From: Candidatus Oleincola secundus
GTDB taxonomy: Bacteria; Atribacterota; Phoenicimicrobiia; Phoenicimicrobiales; Stramentimicrobiaceae
Direction: 5' to 3'
NCBI GenBank assembly: GCA_018400815.1
Contig: JAGYLS010000017.1
Span: 1-28,059 of the forward strand
Length of the DNA stretch: 28,059 bases
Below the pieces are notes generated by a model. The model saw only the letters and a list, made by a program, of their open reading frames with translations, was not told the DNA's origin and searched no databases. This document shows positions 1 to 7,614 of this stretch, piece by piece (position 1 is the stretch's first letter; every line of letters begins with the position of its first letter). The position numbers and the translations under genes were made by a program.

Positions 1-398
1 ATTTCACCCATACCAATAGTAACAATACATAAATAATCGCCCCGAAGATGTATAATAGGTGAGGTAACCAAATAGGCAAAAATAGCTGCTGCAATGGCAC
101 TGATTGGTAACAGAACAAATATTGGAATACCAAAACTGGTATTTAAAATTGCTGTTGTATAGGCACCGATGGCGGCAAACCCCATGTGTCCCAAATCAAA
201 TAAACCGACTTCTCCCAGAACAATATTCAGACTTAATCCCAATAAAGTATAAATACCAAAGAAAAAGGCAACATCAATGAAATAATTATTTTTAATTACC
301 AGAGGAAACAATAGGAATAACAAGGATACGAGAATGGCAAACCAATTATTTGTTATCTTAATACCGGCACTTTGACTGGTTTTATTATTTATATTCAT
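1..398 (-). CDS. livM: Branched-chain amino acid ABC transporter permease, LivM family (3' end runs off the window)
   Basis: Manual translation from ATG at 398: MNINNKTSQSAG...GLSLNIVLGEVGLFDLGHMGFAAIGAY...HLRGDYLCIVTIGMGE, with the typical LivM motifs; directly downstream of livH. Confidence 0.88.
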   Translation of the reverse strand, partial: MNINNKTSQSAGIKITNNWFAILVSLLFLLFPLVIKNNYFIDVAFFFGIYTLLGLSLNIVLGEVGLFDLGHMGFAAIGAYTTAILNTSFGIPIFVLLPISAIAAAIFAYLVTSPIIHLRGDYLCIVTIGMGE

Positions 399-404
399 CT
401 TCCA

Positions 405-1316
405 CTACACCTTTTCTGCAACTTTTTCACCAAGAATTCCCCTTGGTCTGAAAATCAATACAAGTATCAATACCAGAAAAACAAAAACATCTTTATAGGG
501 AGTTGAAATATAGGTTGAACCAAGCATTTCCAAGACTCCCAATATCAATCCCCCAATCATCGCTCCTGGAATATTACCGATTCCGCCTAAAATAGTTGCC
601 GTAAATGCCTTTAACCCATAATTCCAACCCATGATAAAGCTAATTCTTCGATAATAAACCCCTACCATAACTCCCGCAGTCCCCCCTAATGCAGGACCAA
701 GTGCAAAAATAAAAAAGATAATTAAATTAATGTTTATCCCCATTAATGCAGCTGTTTCCCTATCTAAGGCACAAGCCCTAATGGCAGCACCAAATGTGGT
801 CTTTTGAATAATATAATATAATATTCCCATCAATAAAAATGATAAAAACAAAATAATTATCTGTAAAATATTAATTCTTAAACCACCAATAGTTAAAATA
901 TTACTCGGAATTACATCAGAAGTATAAGCCTGCGGACGTGCACCCCAGACAACCATTATGGCATTCTGTAAAAAAATAGAAACACCCAGTGCAGAAACAA
1001 CTGCCGGCAACCGTCCTGTCGGATATATCGGGCGATAGGCTATTCGCTCAACAAGAAGACCCATGACACCTGAACCGATTGCGGCTACTAACATAGCCGC
1101 AATCATTCCACCCCATATACCCAAGATAGAGGTTACATAGGCTGTTCCCATAACCAACAAAGTATATCCAAGATAGGATCCCAGTGCAAATAAATCTCCG
1201 TGAGCAAAATTAATCAATTTCATTACACCGTATACCATGGAATATCCCAGGGCAATCAAAGCATAAAAAGACCCTATTGTTAATCCATTTAATAGCTGTT
1301 CAATAACTAAACTCAT
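405..1316 (-). CDS. livH: Branched-chain amino acid ABC transporter permease, LivH family
   Basis: QLLNGLTIGSFYALIALGYSMVYGVMKLINFAHG and GLKAFTATILGGIGNIPGA motifs; hydrophobic 303 aa. Confidence 0.93.
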   Translation of the reverse strand: MSLVIEQLLNGLTIGSFYALIALGYSMVYGVMKLINFAHGDLFALGSYLGYTLLVMGTAYVTSILGIWGGMIAAMLVAAIGSGVMGLLVERIAYRPIYPTGRLPAVVSALGVSIFLQNAIMVVWGARPQAYTSDVIPSNILTIGGLRINILQIIILFLSFLLMGILYYIIQKTTFGAAIRACALDRETAALMGININLIIFFIFALGPALGGTAGVMVGVYYRRISFIMGWNYGLKAFTATILGGIGNIPGAMIGGLILGVLEMLGSTYISTPYKDVFVFLVLILVLIFRPRGILGEKVAEKV

Positions 1317-1350
1317 TAACCTCTACCTCAACAATCAGTAATTTTCTTAC

Positions 1351-2499
1351 TTATCTTTCCACTATGGAATAACTTCCATCATCATTGACAACATATAGGT
1401 TTATACCAGTTCCTACACGATCTCCTTTTTCATCAAATCCAATAGATCCGGTAATGCTTGGGAATTCTTCCATTTCATTCTTTAGATAGTCAGCTATAAC
1501 ATCAGAATCTGTTGAACCTGTTTTATCAATTGCTTCTGCCAATACCATTAAGGCATCCCCGGCATAAACAGACCAGGGGCTAGATGGTAATGAACCATAA
1601 GCTTCCTGGTATTTTTCTTTAAATTCCATGGCTTCCGGATTGGTAAAATATTCTATTAATGCTTCCTGGGTCATATAACAGCCGGAGGCATATTCTAATC
1701 CAGCAATCCTAATAAAATCTTCATTAATAGCGGCATCTCCTCCGACAAAAACAGCATCAATACCAATTTCTCTGGCCTGTCTTATAATCAAAGCTGCCTC
1801 TGAAAAATAGCCAGTGAAATAGAATAAATCTGGATTTGTTTCACGAAGTTTCGTTAATGGTACTGTGTAATCAGATTCACCGGGAGTAATGGCATCAAAA
1901 TATACTAACTCAGCCGTACCGGCTTCTAAAAGAAATTTTTTGGCTTCTTCTGCTAAACCCAGAGCAAATGAAGTATTGTCATGCATAATAGCAACTCTCT
2001 CTGCTTCAAAGTATGGTACAACTTCTTCAGCAAAAAACATGCCCTGTGTATCAGTTCTGCCACAGGTACGGAAGAAATAATCTAAACCTCTTTCGGATAA
2101 TTCTGTAACTGTCGCACCATAAGCAATATTGACTTTGTTAAACTTTTCGTAAATATCCGAAGCAGGTTGTGTTACCGATGAACCATAGGTAGCAATCGCA
2201 GCTACTACTTCTTTCATGGATACCAGTTTCATTGCCGCAAGAGCACCAGATTTCGGTTGGGCAGCATCATCCACTAATTCAATCTCGATCATTCTTCCGT
2301 CTAAAATTCCACCTTTTTCATTAACCATAAGGGCAGCTGTTTCCACACATTGTTTTGCCATTTCTCCTTCAACTGCTGCTGACCCGGTTAATGGACCCTG
2401 TAAACCGATTACTACAGGATCTTTCTGAGCTAATGCATTGACTGAAAGGCATAAAGTAACAATAACCAGTAAAATAAAAATGTTCTTAATTCGTTTCAT
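1351..2499 (-). CDS. Branched-chain amino acid ABC transporter substrate-binding protein (LivJ/LivK family)
   Basis: Signal peptide MKRIKNIFILL...ALA; IGLQGPLTG and FFRTCGR motifs; AGGAGGAG RBS supports ATG at 2499 rather than 2523. Confidence 0.88.
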   Translation of the reverse strand: MKRIKNIFILLVIVTLCLSVNALAQKDPVVIGLQGPLTGSAAVEGEMAKQCVETAALMVNEKGGILDGRMIEIELVDDAAQPKSGALAAMKLVSMKEVVAAIATYGSSVTQPASDIYEKFNKVNIAYGATVTELSERGLDYFFRTCGRTDTQGMFFAEEVVPYFEAERVAIMHDNTSFALGLAEEAKKFLLEAGTAELVYFDAITPGESDYTVPLTKLRETNPDLFYFTGYFSEAALIIRQAREIGIDAVFVGGDAAINEDFIRIAGLEYASGCYMTQEALIEYFTNPEAMEFKEKYQEAYGSLPSSPWSVYAGDALMVLAEAIDKTGSTDSDVIADYLKNEMEEFPSITGSIGFDEKGDRVGTGINLYVVNDDGSYSIVER

Positions 2500-2649
2500 G
2501 TTCTCCTCCTTAAAATTATTCATAAAATTAACATTTTATTATTAATTCATTCTACTCTATAAATATCCCCCCCCTTTATAATTCATCAGATATTCAGTTT
2601 ATTCAGTTTACAGTATTCCTAATTACAATAACAGGATCAAGCAATAAAA

Positions 2650-3795
2650 CTAAACTACCGATGGCTCTAAAATCAGCTCGCCTCTCTCAAATCGCCCTAT
2701 ATCCAGCTTTTCAATGGGTAATTCTATTTCTTGCTCCAAAATGCATTGTGCCAGCATTTTCCCGGACACAGGAGCAAGCATATAGCCATGACCACTAAAA
2801 CCAACCGACATATAATAACCATTTAATTGAGGATGCTCTCCCAAAATAGGTTGAGAATCAGGACTCATTATATAAGAACCTGCCCATTGCCGAACCATAT
2901 GAACGTTTTTTAATGCAGGTACTAATTGTATCATTTTTTTTGCCATTACTTTGCTGAATTGCCAGGTTGCCCTGAGATTATGCCCTATTATTTCATTTTT
3001 AGGATCCCCATAGCCACCGACAATAGTTCCATTAGGAAGTTGTTGAAAATAAAAATTTCTTGAAAAAGACATTAGCATAGGGTCCCATAATAGTTCTATC
3101 GGCTCAGTAACCAATATTTGATGTCTTTGTGAATATACCGGTATCTCAACTCCGGCAATTTCTCCAACTTCTTTAGCATATTCTCCGGCTGCATTTACTA
3201 CTGTATTTGTCGATATGCGGCCCTGGTTAGTTAAAACAGCTGTAACTTGATTATGCTCTGATTCAATCTTTTGTGCTTCAGTGAATCGATATAATTTTAC
3301 ACCAAGCCTCCGGGCAGCTTCAGCATAAGCAAAAGTAGTCAAAAGTGGATTAGCATTACCGTCTGTGGGGCAATAAGTTGCTGCCAAAACATCTTTTATA
3401 TTTATCAGAGGAACTATTTCTTTTGCCTCTTCCGGGGTAATTAATTTTGATGCAATACCCAAACTTTGCTGTAATTGGACATTTTTTTTAAATTGTGCCA
3501 GTTCTTTTTCTGTATAAGCTAAAATAAGATACCCTTTTTGATTCAACTCAATATCATAATCCAATTCTTCACTTAACTGTTCTAATATCCTAACACTTTC
3601 TCTGGCCAGAATACAATTCATCTCGGTACCAAATTGCTGACGAACACCTGCAGCACATCTCCCGGACGAACCGCTGGCACAGGTATTTCTCTCCAATATT
3701 ACAATATTCTTCTGACCTCTTTTTGCCAAGTTATATGCAATACTATTCCCCTGCACGCCGCCACCGATAATTACAACATCCGCATTCTTAATCAT
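2650..3795 (-). CDS. FAD-dependent oxidoreductase, DadA/sarcosine oxidase beta/proline dehydrogenase beta family
   Basis: VVIIGGGVQG Rossmann motif, GSSGRCAAG, and GFSGHGYMLAP; ATG at 3795 overlaps the upstream stop (alternative GTG at 3804). Confidence 0.88.
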   Translation of the reverse strand: MIKNADVVIIGGGVQGNSIAYNLAKRGQKNIVILERNTCASGSSGRCAAGVRQQFGTEMNCILARESVRILEQLSEELDYDIELNQKGYLILAYTEKELAQFKKNVQLQQSLGIASKLITPEEAKEIVPLINIKDVLAATYCPTDGNANPLLTTFAYAEAARRLGVKLYRFTEAQKIESEHNQVTAVLTNQGRISTNTVVNAAGEYAKEVGEIAGVEIPVYSQRHQILVTEPIELLWDPMLMSFSRNFYFQQLPNGTIVGGYGDPKNEIIGHNLRATWQFSKVMAKKMIQLVPALKNVHMVRQWAGSYIMSPDSQPILGEHPQLNGYYMSVGFSGHGYMLAPVSGKMLAQCILEQEIELPIEKLDIGRFERGELILEPSVV

Positions 3796-4060
3796 CCTTT
3801 TCACCTGCCAGTGTTCCTAATGGAATAGGTTTAGCAGGAGGACGGAAAGTAGAAATTGGTATATCTTCTACTTTTTTATTAAGGTATCTGGCAATGGCAC
3901 GTAACAGGATTCTTTGGCAGGTCTTCCCTTGACAGGGCCCCATCCCGGCTCTAGTAATACGCTTGATTTCATCCAATGTTGTATAACCTTTATCCAGCTG
4001 TTTTCTTATTTCTCCCCAGGTAACATCTTCACAACGACAAATAATAGTATTGTCATCCAT
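3788..4060 (-). CDS. BFD-like [2Fe-2S]-binding protein (free-standing C-terminal domain of SoxA/HcnB-like subunits)
   Basis: ICRCEDVT...KRITRAGMGPCQGKTC...TFRPP motif. Confidence 0.85.
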   Translation of the reverse strand: MDDNTIICRCEDVTWGEIRKQLDKGYTTLDEIKRITRAGMGPCQGKTCQRILLRAIARYLNKKVEDIPISTFRPPAKPIPLGTLAGEKDD

Positions 4061-4550
4061 TTACAATCTCCTCCACCCTGATATTCCGAATGACCATTGC
4101 TAAATCCTTCGGAACAAGAATGCTGACTACATTTGTTTTATTTTTATTTTTTAATACCTTAATTACTTTTACATCAGCCACCTTCTGGCCTGCTCTGTCC
4201 AGTCCGGAAACAAGCTGACCTTTTTGAGGAATAGGTAATAATTCATAAGGTAGTTTAATCAGCGCCTCTGTATTTGAATAATTAACATCAACTACAAAAA
4301 TGGCCAAGCCCGGACAGGAAGCAATACATAATCCGCAGCCAGTACATTTGGAATAATCTACCAAAGGCAAGTTATTGATATCCTCAAAAGGTCTAATAGC
4401 TCCCGATGGGCAACTGGCAGCACAGGGATCACAAGGAATATTCTGAAAACATTCTACAATAACTACCGGTCCTTGGGCTAATACTTTTGAAGGTGGAATA
4501 ACTTTTTTCAGATCATCTTTGGTTGGTATACCACTACCGGGAATAGACAT
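4053..4550 (-). CDS. 4Fe-4S dicluster ferredoxin-domain protein
   Basis: CFQNIPCDPCAASCP and CTGCGLCIASCP; GGAGGAG RBS supports ATG at 4550. Confidence 0.85.
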   Translation of the reverse strand: MSIPGSGIPTKDDLKKVIPPSKVLAQGPVVIVECFQNIPCDPCAASCPSGAIRPFEDINNLPLVDYSKCTGCGLCIASCPGLAIFVVDVNYSNTEALIKLPYELLPIPQKGQLVSGLDRAGQKVADVKVIKVLKNKNKTNVVSILVPKDLAMVIRNIRVEEIVNG

Positions 4551-5649
4551 GAGCTCCTCCTTTTTTGATGGTGGCTTTTTGAATTCCTCTTGTAATTGCT
4601 TCACTCATGGAATTATTTCTTAACTGTGCTAACTGTCTTTTAAATTGTTGATTAATTTTGCTGAATTCTTTATGATAAAGATCAAGGCTTGCAGCCGCAT
4701 TTAAACCCGCAACCTGACCTTCTACCATAGCACTGCTTGCTTCCTCAATGCCGGCAACATCTCCGGCAATATATATCTGATCATTGCTGGTTTTCATATT
4801 TTCATCCCTCTGGGGTACATAGCCACATAGTTCAGGAATATAAATCATCTGGCAATCTGCCTGCCACAAAAGCTCAGTTAAAGGAGAAAGCCCCACAGCA
4901 AGACAAACAGTGTCCACATTTAATTTTTTTTCGGTCTGTGGGATAAAGTTAAAATCTTTATCAATATTACAAATAGTAACTCCTTCTACTTCTTCGTTAC
5001 CTTTTACCTCTTTTAAGGTACAGGAGGTATAGATGGGGACACCTAATCTTCTTATTTTACTGGCATGAACCCAGTAACCACCAATAGATGGCATAGCTTC
5101 AACAATTGCTTCAACCTGTATACCTGCCTGCATCAGTTGATAGGCTACTATCAGGCCAATGTTTCCGGCACCAACCATAAGCACTTCCTTACCAGGGACA
5201 ACACCATAAACATTCATCAAAGTCTGAACAGCTCCGGCACCATAGACACCGGGTAAATCATTGTTTATGAATGGGAGCATGTTCTCAGAAGCACCGGTTG
5301 CCACGATAATACGTTTTGGCTTAACTTTAATAAGTCTGTTACCGTTAAAGCCTTCTAATATAGTTAGTACACCGTCTTCATAATAACCGGTAACGGTGGC
5401 CTGGGTCAAAACTTCGATATAGGAAGATTTCTTAATCTCATTAATAAAGTTCTTGGCAATTTCGATACCCCGGATCCCGGCAAATTGCTGGCTAGAACCA
5501 AAAAATTTATGGGTCTGTTTAATAAGTTGGCCTCCCAGCTGAAGACCGTCATCAACAAGCAGTACACTGGCAGTACAGGAAGCAGCAGTAAGTGCGGCAG
5601 CTAAGCCTGCTGGCCCGCCTCCGACTATGACAATATCATACTCTTTCAC
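4534..5649 (-). CDS. FAD/NAD(P)-dependent oxidoreductase, proline dehydrogenase alpha/SoxA/HcnB-like
   Basis: GGGPAG, LGGQL, IVATGA, VGAGNIG and YIAGD motifs of pyridine nucleotide-disulfide oxidoreductases. Confidence 0.87.
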   Translation of the reverse strand: MKEYDIVIVGGGPAGLAAALTAASCTASVLLVDDGLQLGGQLIKQTHKFFGSSQQFAGIRGIEIAKNFINEIKKSSYIEVLTQATVTGYYEDGVLTILEGFNGNRLIKVKPKRIIVATGASENMLPFINNDLPGVYGAGAVQTLMNVYGVVPGKEVLMVGAGNIGLIVAYQLMQAGIQVEAIVEAMPSIGGYWVHASKIRRLGVPIYTSCTLKEVKGNEEVEGVTICNIDKDFNFIPQTEKKLNVDTVCLAVGLSPLTELLWQADCQMIYIPELCGYVPQRDENMKTSNDQIYIAGDVAGIEEASSAMVEGQVAGLNAAASLDLYHKEFSKINQQFKRQLAQLRNNSMSEAITRGIQKATIKKGGAHVYSR

Positions 5650-5664
5650 TATTTCACCTTCTTT

Positions 5665-5949
5665 TTATTGTCTTTCTACAACCATTCCTTCTTCCAATCT
5701 GGTGACACAAGTTCTGACATTAGGAATACCATTAACAGTCATTAAACAGGATGAACATTTCCCAATAGCACAGAAGAAGCCACGGGGACGTTTTAGTTTC
5801 CTGCTATAGCTTAACACTTTGATGCCAGCAGCAACTAAAGCAGCGGCAATAGGTTCATCATTATAGCCTTCCAACTCATTTCCCTGAAAAGTAAAGGTGA
5901 TTTTTTTCCCATGCTTGAATTCCAGAATAGGATGTTTTTGAATTCTCAT
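5665..5949 (-). CDS. [2Fe-2S]-binding protein (Fer2_4/HcnA-like)
   Basis: RPRGFFCAIGKCSSCLMTVNGIPNVRTC. Confidence 0.87.
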   Translation of the reverse strand: MRIQKHPILEFKHGKKITFTFQGNELEGYNDEPIAAALVAAGIKVLSYSRKLKRPRGFFCAIGKCSSCLMTVNGIPNVRTCVTRLEEGMVVERQ

Positions 5950-6021
5950 TGGAATTACTCTTTCTCATTTTTAAATATATTTTTTAACAAAAGTATAACC
6001 TAATATATGTTATGCCTATTT

Positions 6022-6061
6022 AAAAAAACAGAGAATGAAATAAATTCATTTCTCTGTTTTT
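6022..6061 (-). terminator. Intrinsic terminator-like hairpin upstream of the oxidoreductase operon
   Basis: Minus strand AAAAACAGAGAAATGAA-TTTAT-TTCATTCTCTGTTTTTTT: stem with one bulge followed by 7 T. Confidence 0.65.
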
Positions 6062-6067
6062 ATCTTT

Positions 6068-6139
6068 TTATCGGAAAATATTATCTGATAATTTATTTTT
6101 TAGTACAACTCTTACAATGTTTTCAATTAATTTTCGCAC
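6068..6139 (-). CDS. Putative 23-aa leader peptide (MRKLIENIVRVVLKNKLSDNIFR)
   Basis: GTG...TAA open frame with AGGAGG 14 nt upstream (long spacing); stop about 6 nt before the terminator stem. Confidence 0.3.
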   Translation of the reverse strand: MRKLIENIVRVVLKNKLSDNIFR

Positions 6140-6260
6140 TGTGAATGATTCTTCCTCCTGAATATATATCTGACAATTAATAGCTAACAATATTCTATAG
6201 GCTGAGGATAAAAAAACATATTAATTTATAATTTATAATAAAATTAAAATAACCAAAAAT

Positions 6261-6290
6261 ATTATATCATTAATATAACTGAAAAAACAA
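6261..6290 (-). promoter_or_regulatory. Putative sigma70 promoter (extended -10)
   Basis: TGATATAAT at 6269-6261 with TTGTTT 18 bp upstream of the -10 hexamer; AT-rich context lowers specificity. Confidence 0.5.
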
Positions 6291-6295
6291 ATATT

Positions 6296-6533
6296 TTTAT
6301 TTACCCTTACCACCTTTAAGAAGGTGGTAAGGGTAAATAAATTGTTTTTACTATTAATAAAGATAAAGAGAAGCTATCTGACAATTTTTCACCTGAAGTC
6401 CTAAGCAGGCAGTTATATTGCTTAGAGATATTCAGTTAAAATAGTAGAAAAAAGCAGAACAAAAAGTAAGTAAGAAAAGGTTAAACCTCTTTTTGAGGTT
6501 CCTTAAAGCCACCCGTTATGCGGGTGCGATATT
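6296..6533 (-). repeat. Dispersed hairpin-ended repeat, copy A (MITE/REP-like; inverted relative to copies B and C)
   Basis: Perfect 21 bp stem 6296-6316/6321-6341; reverse complement shares AATATCGCACCCGCATAACGGGTGGCTTTAA and GGACTTCAGGTGAAAAATTGTCA with copy C. Confidence 0.9.
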
Positions 6534-6602
6534 GACTAACAATCTATGTTATGATTAGGATTATATTAATTTTATTTTCTTAAATATAAATTTTGCGACA
6601 AG

Positions 6603-7346
6603 TCACCTTATTCTACATTCTTGTACATAGGGCTCAACTCTTTTTAAAATTTCTTTCATTTTATCTTCAGAAATAAGTTTTACACCTTTTAAACTGGGGT
6701 CTAACATCTCTTCTGACTGAATAAAATTTTGTAGAATATATTTTTGTGCCCCCTCTATTTCTTTGGCGATATTTTTAATCATTTCTTCATCATGAAATCC
6801 AGGGACAATTGTTGTTCGGAATTCATAATTAACACCGGAAGCCATGATCAGTTCAATACTATTTTTTATTTTTGTAATAATTTGTTCGTCCTGGACTCCG
6901 ATTGTTCTTGTATAATCTACTGTTTGTAAACAGTTTTTTATATCCATGGCAATATAATCAACTAAGTCCTGTTCTATAATTTTCTCCAGTACAGCGGTCT
7001 GACTACCATTTGTATCTAACTTTATTTTTAGGTTATGACTTCTTATTGTTTCAAGAAATTCAGTTATATCAGCATATAATGTTGGTTCTCCTCCGCTAAG
7101 ACAAATACCATCTAAAAAAGGCTTTCTTTCAACAAGAAATGACAAAATATTTTCTTCAGGAATGTCTGGCAAAGAATAGGAATCAAGAACCAAGTCCGTA
7201 TTGTAACAAAATGGGCAACGGAAATTACAACCACCCACATACAGGGTTGATATAATCATTCCTTCCCAATCAATCATTGATGTCCCAATCATCTTCTTAA
7301 TCTTTATCTTTGTTTTATCTTGATATTTTTTCTTTGACATTTTCAA
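6603..7346 (-). CDS. nrdG: Anaerobic ribonucleoside-triphosphate reductase activating protein (radical SAM)
   Basis: GCNFRCPFCYN (CxxxCxxC), SGGEPT, KLDTNG, YEFRTT; located downstream of nrdD; exact start uncertain. Confidence 0.9.
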   Translation of the reverse strand: MKMSKKKYQDKTKIKIKKMIGTSMIDWEGMIISTLYVGGCNFRCPFCYNTDLVLDSYSLPDIPEENILSFLVERKPFLDGICLSGGEPTLYADITEFLETIRSHNLKIKLDTNGSQTAVLEKIIEQDLVDYIAMDIKNCLQTVDYTRTIGVQDEQIITKIKNSIELIMASGVNYEFRTTIVPGFHDEEMIKNIAKEIEGAQKYILQNFIQSEEMLDPSLKGVKLISEDKMKEILKRVEPYVQECRIR

Positions 7347-7569
7347 TTTTCGGAACCATACCTCTCCAGGCTTCTAATTCATTATTCTCTTTGTCTAGAA
7401 GCATTATTGTTGGAGTACTCATAACATTTAGCATACATGCTTCTGACAATCCTTCCACTGTATCAATATCACAATATTGCACTTCAAGTTTATCTTCAAT
7501 CATCTCTCCGATTTTTTTTGCTTGCGGGCAATTAGGGCAATCTTTTTTCCAGAATATCTTTATCTTCAT
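7315..7569 (-). CDS. Small thioredoxin/glutaredoxin (NrdH-like) protein
   Basis: CPNC active site and VMSTPT cis-Pro motif in 84 aa; lies between nrdD and nrdG. Confidence 0.85.
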   Translation of the reverse strand: MKIKIFWKKDCPNCPQAKKIGEMIEDKLEVQYCDIDTVEGLSEACMLNVMSTPTIMLLDKENNELEAWRGMVPKIENVKEKISR

Positions 7570-7614
7570 TCTATTTACAGTCCTTTTTACAGTCCTTTTT
7601 ATTGAAATTCTAAC

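Noticed and set aside
5950..6290. Glycine riboswitch, T-box or CodY boxes in the oxidoreductase leader
   Set aside because: No GGAGA...CCGAAG...CTCTCAGG or GGTGGNACC motifs; CodY-like stretches (around 6080-6094 and 6164-6178) have 3-4 mismatches in very AT-rich DNA
7574..7600. 12 bp tandem duplication (AAAAAGGACTGT x2 on the minus strand) before the redoxin gene
   Set aside because: Simple slippage duplication around the RBS; no further evidence of function
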